NCBI GenBank assembly: GCA_027489455.1
Contig: JAIXZR010000215.1
Span: 9,740 to 73,739 of the forward strand
Length of the DNA stretch: 64,000 bases
Direction of reading: 5' to 3'
From: Rubrivivax sp.
Lineage (GTDB): Bacteria > Pseudomonadota > Gammaproteobacteria > Burkholderiales > Burkholderiaceae_C
How positions within the stretch are numbered: position 1 is the stretch's first letter; each line of letters opens with the position of its first letter. The position numbers were made by a program, and so were the translations under genes. Positions 12,001 to 21,000 of this stretch are shown piece after piece. The notes below the pieces were generated by a model that was given only the letters and a program-made list of their open reading frames with translations, made no database searches and was not told where the DNA came from.

Positions 12001-15000
12001 GGTGGTGGGGGTCGAGAACCAGATGAGGCTGGACTCAGACGTGGCGGTGAAGACCAGGCTTCGGTCCACCCAGCCCGGCGCGCCCATGACCCGCCCGACG
12101 CTGCTGAAGTCAAGCGACGCGGTGCTGCTGCCAGCCGTCACGCGCAGCGTCTTCACACCTCTCTCGCAGGCCGGATTGGCCGCGAAGGCAAAGGTCAGGG
12201 TGTAGGTCTGGCCGGGCACGGTCTGAGCGAACTGCACGATGCCGCCACGGGTGGAGCCGCCCTGCAGGTCCACCGACCGCGAGCCGTCGGCCGCCAGGAA
12301 GTCGTTGTGGTAATCGACGTCGCTGCCGGTTACCACCCAGCCGGGAAGGCTCGTACTGTTGCCACTGGCCAAGCGGATCCAGCCCCCCGGGGTCACCCCG
12401 CTTTCGAAGCTCCCGTTGGACAGGGCGGCCAGAGCCGTCGTGGCCACGCTGTTGCCGAACTCGCTGGTGTTGCCGCTGCCATCGGTGGCGGTGGCCACGA
12501 TCTGCGTCGTGCCCGCCACCAGCCCACCCACGCCGGCCGTGCTGACCACGCCCGCGAACTCGCCATCGGCGTTGGCCGTGACGGTGCCGATGTACGTCTG
12601 CCCCTGCCCGCCGTTGCTTACGTACAGGTCCACCAGCGCGCCGCCGAAAGTGGCCTGCAGCGCCGCGCTGCCCACGTAGCCCACCACGCTGAGCGTGTTG
12701 CTGCCCAGCACGGCGCGCGTCAGCACGGGGCTGTCCATCAGCAGGTTCGGCTGGCCGGCGGTCTTGGCGCCGTCGTTGGGGGTGGCGCCGCTGGTGGGGT
12801 CGCCCGCGGCCACCAGGTCGATGCCGGCGCGGCCGTTGCCCCAGATGCTGTTGCCGCGGATGGGGTTGCCGCTGCCGCCCTGGGCCTGCACGCCCTGCGT
12901 GAAGCTGCCGGCGACCACGTTGCCTTCGCCCGCTGCCAGCCCGCCGATGGCGACATTGCTGGCACCCGCGGCCAGCACGATGCCGATGCCGCCGTTCCAC
13001 ACGTTGGCGGTGTTGGTCGGGTTGCGCCCGACGATGTTGCCGTGCACGGTGACGTTGCTGCCACTGATCAACATCCCGCGCTGGTTGTAGGCCGTGACCA
13101 CGTTGCCCGCACCTGCCGCCGCGCCGCCAATCGTGTGCCCGCTGCCGGAGACCTCGATGGCGTTCTGGCTGCCGGTGATGGGGGCGGTGGCGCTGGCGGT
13201 CAGGCCGAACCAGTTGCCTTGCACCACGCTGCCGCTGCCCGACAGGCGCAGGCCCACGTTGTAGAAGCCGATGATCAGGTTGCGGGCTTCGGGCGTGGTG
13301 CCGCCGATGGTGACGGCACCCGTGGCCCCCACCCAGATGCCCGCCACGCCCGAGGTGACGCTGTTGTCGCCGGCCGCGTTCAGGCCGATCCAGTTGCCCT
13401 GCACCACGCTGCCCGTGGTGTCGACGCGCAGGCTCTCGCTGCTGGCGCCACTGATGATGTTGCGGTCATGGGGCCCGGTGCCGCCGATGGTGGCGGCGCC
13501 GCCGCTGGCGATGTTCACGCCCACGCTGGTGGCGCCGTTGAAGCGCGCCGTGCCGGCCGCGTTCAGGCCCACCCAGTTGCCGCGGATCACGGTGCCGGTG
13601 ATGCCCGCGCCCTGCTGGCGGATGCCTTCGGGGTTGCCGCTGATCAGGTTGCCTGCCCCGGCCACGCCGCCGCCGATGGTGGTGCTGGCCACGTTGCCGC
13701 TCAGGCCCACGCCGCGCACCAGGTTGGCCACTGGTGCCGTGCCGGCCGCGTTGGTGCCGATGTAGTTGCCGGCCACCACGTTGCCGCTGGCGCTGCCGGC
13801 CGATGTCTGCAGCAGCACGCCAACGGTCTGGTTGCCGCTGATCACGTTGCGGTGCGCCGTGGTGTTGCCACCGATCGTGTTGCTGCTGGCGTCGGTGATG
13901 AACACGCCGGTCTGATTGGGCACGGCGGCCACGCCATCGGCACCCAGGCCCACGTAGTTGCTCGCCACCGCGTTGCTGTTGGCGCCCAGGGCGATGTCGA
14001 TGCCTCGGCCCTGCACGGTGCTGACCTGCACGAAGCCGCCGATCACGTTGCGGTCGTTCGCCCCCGTGCCGCCTACGGTGTTGCTGCTGCTGTTCACGCA
14101 CACGCCCACGGCGCCGTTGCCACTGGCCGCCGCGCTGCCGGTGATGTCGGTGCCGATGTAGTTGCCCGCCACGGTGTGGCCGCCCGGCGCGTCCAGCCGC
14201 ACGGCGCAGCCGCCGAAGCCGTTGATCACCAGCCCGCGCACCGTGCTGCCGCCGGCGGTCATCAGCCGCAGGCCGTTGCTGCCGGCCCCGGCCGCGGTGC
14301 CGCGGATCTGCACCAGCGGCACGCCCACGTAGCCGGGCTGGGTGCTGGCATCGATGAGCGTGGTGTCCGTCACCTGGGGCAGCGCGCTGGCGGGCGTGAT
14401 GGTCCACACGCCGCTGGCGAGGTTGGGGTCGGTCGCGGGGATGTTGAAGGAGATGGTCTGCGCGCCGGCATCGGCGATCGCGTTCGTCAGCGCCTGGCGC
14501 AGGCTGCCGGCGCCGCTGTCCTGGGTGTTCGTCACCGTGTACGGGTTGGCCAAGGTGAAGTTCGGGCCGAACTCGCTGGTGTTGCCTTGTCCATCGGTGG
14601 CGGTGGCGGTGATACGGCTGACGGCAGTGGTCAGTGCCACCGTACCGGGCACCGTGAGGCTGCCGCTGAAGTTGCCGCTGCCGTCGGCCGTCAGCGTGCC
14701 CAGGTAGGTCTGGCCTTCGCCGAAGCCGCTGGCGTTGCCATCGGCCACGTACACATCCACCAGAGCCCCGGCAAACACCGTCTGCCCTGCGGCGGTGCCC
14801 ACGTAGCCGATCAAGGTCAAGTTGCTCCCGGTCAGCGTGGCGGCTGTGAGTACCGGGTGGTCCATCAGCTGGTTGGGCTGGCCCGCAGTCTTGCTGCCGT
14901 CGTTGGCCTTGACGCTGGCACCGGTGATGCCGCCGCCCAGGCTGATGCCCGCTGCCAGGCCCGTGGTGTTGCGGGTGTTGTTGCCGTAGGTGCTGTTCTG

Positions 15001-18000
15001 CGTGATCAGCGATTGCGCAGCGCCAGTGGCCAGGCTGATGCCCGAGCCGGGGTGGTTCGTCACGATGTTCTTGCTGACAGCATGGCCCGTGCCGCCCAGC
15101 AAGATGCCGACGATCTGGCTGTTGGCCGTGCCGTTACCGCTGACCGTGTTGTTGCGGATGACGTGCGCGGTCCCGGTCTGCTCCGCGTCGATGCCGATGC
15201 CGCGGTTGGCGACCACCAGGTTGTCGACGATGGTCCATCGGTTGCTGCCGGCCCAGGGGCTGATGCCGTCGGCCACGGTACCCGCAATGCCGTGGTTCCT
15301 GACCTCGTTGCCTTGCACCGTGACGTCGCTGGCCGGTGAGCCAGTCCATGTCGAGATTCCCCACTGACCGGAAAAGCCGATCAGGTTGTTCGTGATCTGC
15401 GTGCCGCTGCCGATCCCCGCAAAGAACACGCTGGTGAAGGCCGTGCGGATGCCCGGTCCCGGGTCGGTGAAGCTGGTGGCCCGGCTGCCAATGACGTTCT
15501 GCTCCAGCAGCACGTTGGTGCCACCGGCCAGGCGCACGGCCACGTTGAATCCATAGATGGCCAGGCCCCGCACGCGCCCGTTGTTGGCACTGATCTGCAG
15601 CCCGTTGGCCACGCTGGGCGCCCCGCTCAGCTCCACCTCTGGGCCGCCCAGCCGGCCCAGCGGCACCGCGTCCACGCCCACCGCGCCGCCCGTGCCCAGC
15701 AGTGCGCCATTGGTGTCGCCCACGTTGGCGGTCTGGGTGCTGCCGTCCAGCGCCACCTGCGCCCGGGTCAGCGCTGGCAGTTCACTGCCGGCCACGATCC
15801 GTGCCACGCCGCTGGTCAGCTGGCTGGGGAGCCCGGCACGAAGGCCGGGCACCACGCTGCCCGCCGGGATCATGAAGATGCTCGTCTCGACGCCGGCCGG
15901 CAGCGCTTGGGCCGCCCCCATGTTGATACGGCTGCCGTTTTGCGCCAGGCCCGTTTGCCCGTCCAGCGTGTTGGCGTTGGTGATGAACTGCCGCAAGCTG
16001 CCCTGGCCGCTGTCGTTGGTGTTGACTACCGTGCTGAAGTTGAAGCCGAAGTCGACGCCCGCAATGTCTGTGCCGGCCACGGCAATGCTGGCCAGGCTCT
16101 GTGCGGTGGTGCTGGCTGTGCTCAGGGTGCTCAGCGCAGCAGTGGTGGTGTTGGCGGCAGCGTCGGCCAGGGCCGGGTTAGCGCCGCCCACATGGTCCGT
16201 GATGCTGCTGAGCACCCCGGCCACGGCCTGGGTGCGGAAAGTCTGCACTGGCAGCAGGCCTGTGACCCAGCCGCTGCGCGCGCTGCTCACGCTGCTGTTC
16301 ACCACCCGCACCTGGTAGGTGTTGGATGCGTTGACCACGAAGGCGTAGTCGCCGTTGCTGTCGGTGGTGGTGCCGGCCAGCCAGGTGCCGGTGCTGCTGT
16401 ACAGCTCCACCACCGCGTTGGCGCGGCCCACACCACTGGCGGCTGCGCGCGTGCGCCCGGCGCCACCGCCGTAGTTGGCGTCTTCGAACACGCGGCCGCT
16501 GATGAGGGTCTGCACGGCGGCATTGGCACCGAACTCGCTGGTATTGCCGTTCGCATCCGTGGCAGTGCCGGTGATCAGGCTGGTGCCTGCGGTCAGCGTG
16601 ACGCCCACAGGCAGCGTCACAGTGCCGCCGAAGTTGCCGCTGGCGTCCGCCGTCACGCTGCCCAGGTAGGTGCGGCCTTCGCCAAAGCCGCTGGCGTCGG
16701 GCGCGGCTGCGAACAGCTCGACAACGGCGTTGCCAAAGGTGCTTTGCCCTGCGGCGCTGCCCACGTAGCCGGTGACGTTGAGCGTGTTGCCCGACAGCAC
16801 GGCGCTGGTCAGCACCGGGCTGTCCATGCCGTTATTGGCTTGCGCGGCACTGGTGGCGCCGTCGTTGGCCAGCGGCGTGCTGGAATTGTCCAGGCGGATG
16901 CCCTTTTGGTTGTTGCCGAAGATGCTGTTGCCGCTGATGCGGTTGCGCAGCGGTGCGCCTCCGGTCGTGTCAAAGCCGATGCCCGCCAGGGCGTTGCCGC
17001 CGATCACGTTGGCCTGCCCGGCGGCCGTGCCGCCGATCGTGTTGCCGTTGGCGCCGCCAGCCAGGCCGAGGCCGCTGCCGGCGTTGGCCAGGTTGCCCGT
17101 GTTGGCAGCGTTGCGACCGATGAGGTTGCCGTAAACCAGGTTGCCCGTCGCCGTGCCGCCTTCCACGCGCAGACCCCCGCCCAGGGCACTGGTGCTGGCC
17201 GCCAGCACGTTGCCCGCACCCGTGGCCGCGCCGCCCACGGTGACGCCAGCTGCGCCGTTCAGCCACACGGCGGGCCCGTTGTTCCCCAGGGCCCCCGTGC
17301 CGTCTGCGCTGGTGCCCACGTAGTTGCCTTGCACGGCGCCAGTGGCGCCTGTTTCGAAGCTGATGCCGAAAGCGCCGTTGCCGCTGACGACGTTGCGGTC
17401 TACGTTGGTGGCGCCGCCAATGGTGGCCGTGGTGCCGCTGCCATTGATGTAGACACCGCCGCCCGCATTGGCGCGGGCCAGTGCGCCCCCACTGTCGGTG
17501 CCGATGAAGTTGCCGCGCACCGCATGCCCGGTGCCGTTCGCGAACCAGACGCCGTAGCGGCCACTGCCGGCGATCACGTTGCTCAGCACGTTGACGTTGC
17601 TGCTCGCTCCCGCCCAGACCACCACGCCGTCGAGGCCGTTGCCGCGGGCCGTGCTGCCGTCCACCGCCAGGCCGATCCAGTTGTTCTGAATCGTGACGCC
17701 AGCATTGCCGTTGGCAGACACCAGAACGCCGTGCGAATTGGCGGCCGCAATCAGGTTGCGGTGCGCGGCAGTGGCGCCGCCCACGGTGACGGCGCTTTGG
17801 TCGGCGATGTAGATCGAGTTCTTGCGGTTGCCCAAAGCGGTGATGCCGTCAGCCGCCAGGCCGATGGTGTTGCCGGCAATCACCACGCCCGTGGCCGCGC
17901 CGTTGACGACGATGCCGGCATGGGTTTCGTCGCTGAGGCTGGTGCCGTTGCCGCTGATCAGGTTGCCCTGGCCCGCGGCGCTGCCGCCGATCGTGTTGTT

Positions 18001-21000
18001 GCTGCCCTGCACGATCACGCCGCGCCGCCCATTGGCCACCGCCGTCGTGCCCAGGGCATTGGTGCCGATGCGGTTGCCTTGCACGGTGTTGTTGCTGGTG
18101 GTGATGCCGATCCCTTCGTGCCCGTTGCCAGACGCGAGGTTGCCTTCGCCCGGGACCGCACCACCGATCTGGTTGCCGTTGGCCGACAGGTACACCCCGA
18201 TGCCGGCCCCGGCGTTGCCCACCGCCGCCGTGCCTTCGGCATTGGTGCCCACATAGTTGCCCACCACCCGGTTGCCGGTGGCGCCCGATGTTTCCAGCAC
18301 GATGCCCAGACAACCGTTGCCGCTGGCCACGTTGCGCTCGGCGGCCGTGGTGCCACCGATCACGTTGAACGGGCTCTGCGCCGACAGGCCGTGGCAGGCA
18401 CTGCCGCCCACACCGGCCGTGCCCGCGGCGTTGAGGCCCAGCCAGTTGCCCTGCACCAGGTTGCCGCCGCCACCGGCGCTGATGAGGTGGATCTGCCGCC
18501 CAGCGCCGTGGATGATGAAGCCGCGCACCGTGGCGCTGTTGGTCAGCAGGAAACCGAAGCTGCCGCCTGCCGCTGCGTTGATCTCGATGATCGGCCGCGG
18601 GCTGGCGCTGTTCCAGCCCGGCTGGGTCTGCGCATCCACCGTCAGCGCGCCAAACCCCGGCAGCCCGCTGGCCACCGTGATGGTGGCGACGTTGGCGCTG
18701 CCGCCGTTGGTGGTGAAGAAGTTGTTGGCCGCCCGCAGCCCCGCCGCGCTGCTGCCGTTGCCCAGCATGAAGATCACGTGCTCGCTGCCCGGCAGCCGCC
18801 CGGCCTGGTTGAGCGTGGCGTCACCGCCTAGAGCGCTGGCGTTGGTGATCACCTGGCGCAGGCTGCCGGCGCCGTTGTCGTTGGTGTTGACCAAGGTGTT
18901 GAAGTTGAAGCCGAAGTCGATGCCTGAGAGCGTGCCCACCGTGGTGCGCACCGGGGCCACGTTCTGCGCCACCTGGCCGCTGACGGCGTTGATGGCCGCC
19001 AGCGTCTGGCTGGTGGTGTTGTCGGGCGCATCCTGCAGGCCGGGGCTTTCGCCGCCCACGCGGTTGCCGTCGCCGGCGTTGGCCGTGCCGTTCCACGCGG
19101 TGCGGTAGGTCATCACGCCGCGCAGGGTGCTGGTGCTGCCGCTGCGCCCGCTGGTCACCCCCGCGCCCACCACGCGCAGCACCCAGTCGCGCGCACCCAG
19201 GCCGGTGAAGCTGTAGTTGCCGTTGGCGTCCGTGGTGGTGGCGCCGAAGAAGTCGCCGGTGGCGCTGTCGTACAGCTCCACGCGCACGTTGGGGCGGCCA
19301 CTGCCGCCGCTGGGGATGCTGCCGGCCAGGCTGCGGCCGGCGCCGCCGCCATAGGCCCGGTCTTCGAACACCGTGCCGCTGATGGCGGCATTGGCCACCA
19401 CCTGGGCCGTGGTGGCGCTGGCTTCCTTGCCCAGGCTGCAGCTGCCCACGTCGCTGTTGTTGGTGCAGGGCGTGGCCACGGCGGTGTTGCTGAGGGTGGT
19501 GCCGTTGGCGGTGCCGGTGTTCACGCGCACGCTGTACTGCAGCACGTGGTTGGTGCTGGCGGCCACCGCGCTGGCGCTGGTGTAGGCGAAGGTACCGCCG
19601 CTGAAGGCGCCGTCGCCGGCCGCCGCACCGTCCACGCTGAAGCTGCCGGGCACGTAGGTGGTGCCGGCGGGCAGCGCGTCGTGCACGCGCAGGTGGCGGG
19701 CGCTGCTTTCCTGGTGGGACAGGGTCAGCGTGTAGCGCAGCACGTCGTTGGGCGAGACGATGGGCGGGCTGCCGCCCTGTGCCGGTACCACCGTCTGCGC
19801 CAGGGTGGCGGTGATGCGGCCGTTGCCCACCGTCGTGCAGCTGTTGCTGCCGATGTTGCCGCTGCCGGCCGGTGCGGTGGTCAGGCAGTTCTCGATCGCG
19901 CTGCCGTCGGCCACCCCGGCCTTGCGTTCGGCCCAGATGTCCACCGTGCCTTCGTCGGCGCCGCTGCCGCTGACGCCGTCGTTGGCCCCCAGCGTGGCCA
20001 CGCTCAGGCGCAGCTGGCCGCCGCTGCCATCGCCGGCGGCCCCTACCACCGCGCAGCCGGGGTCCACACAGGTCACGCCCGAAGGCAGGGCGCTGGCCAG
20101 GCCGCGGTAGATCAACTGCGCGGGCAAGGTGTCGGTGACGGCCACGGTGCCGCTGGTGATGCCGCTCTGGTTGCTCCAGCGCAGCGACCAGCGCACCCAG
20201 CCGGCGCGGGTGAGGTCGGGCAGGGCTGCCTTGGTGCCGCCGGTGACGACGGCGTCGGACACCTGCGTCACGCGGTCGGCGGTTTCCAGCGGGCCGAAGT
20301 TGGCGGTGCTGCCCAGGGTGGTGCTGCTGCCGCTGGCCGCGCGCAGGGCCAGGTTCTGCCCGCCCAGCGCCGGGTTGTTGACGATGCCGATGTCCACCGC
20401 GGCCGTCACGCTGAGCCCCGCGTTGAAGGTGTAGCTGCTGGCGGGGTTGCGCCGCACGCGCAGGCAGGTGGCGCCGGCAGGCAAGGCGGCGGCGGTTTGT
20501 GCCTGGTAGCCGCTGCGCGTGCTGGTCTGCAGCGTCTGCGCCGTCCAGGCCACGCCCAGCGGGTTGGCCAGGCAGCTGCTGTCGGTGCTGGTTTCCAGCA
20601 GCAGGTCGGTCATCGGGCGCGTGAGGTAGGCGCGCTCGTACACCGGCGTGAACTGGCTGCCGCCCACCCCCGCGCGGGGCAGGCGCAGCACGGTGTAGAA
20701 GCCTTGCGCCGGCGCGTTGCCGCGGTTTTCCAGCAGCAGCTGCGCGGTGTAGGTGCTGTTGTGCGGCCAGGTGGCGGGGGCGCTGAGCGTGGTGGCCAGC
20801 TCGGGCGCTTCCAGCACGTTGAGGTTGACCACCGCGGTGTAGTTGCTGGCCGCATGGCGTGCCGTGCTGACGGCGTTGTCGGCGCCCCGGGCTGACAGAT
20901 CGGTGCGCCGCACCTCCACGCGCACGGGCAACACCTGGCCGGCGGGTGCATTGCGCAGTACGGGCAGCTGCAGCTGGAAGAAGGGGTACAGCACACTGTT

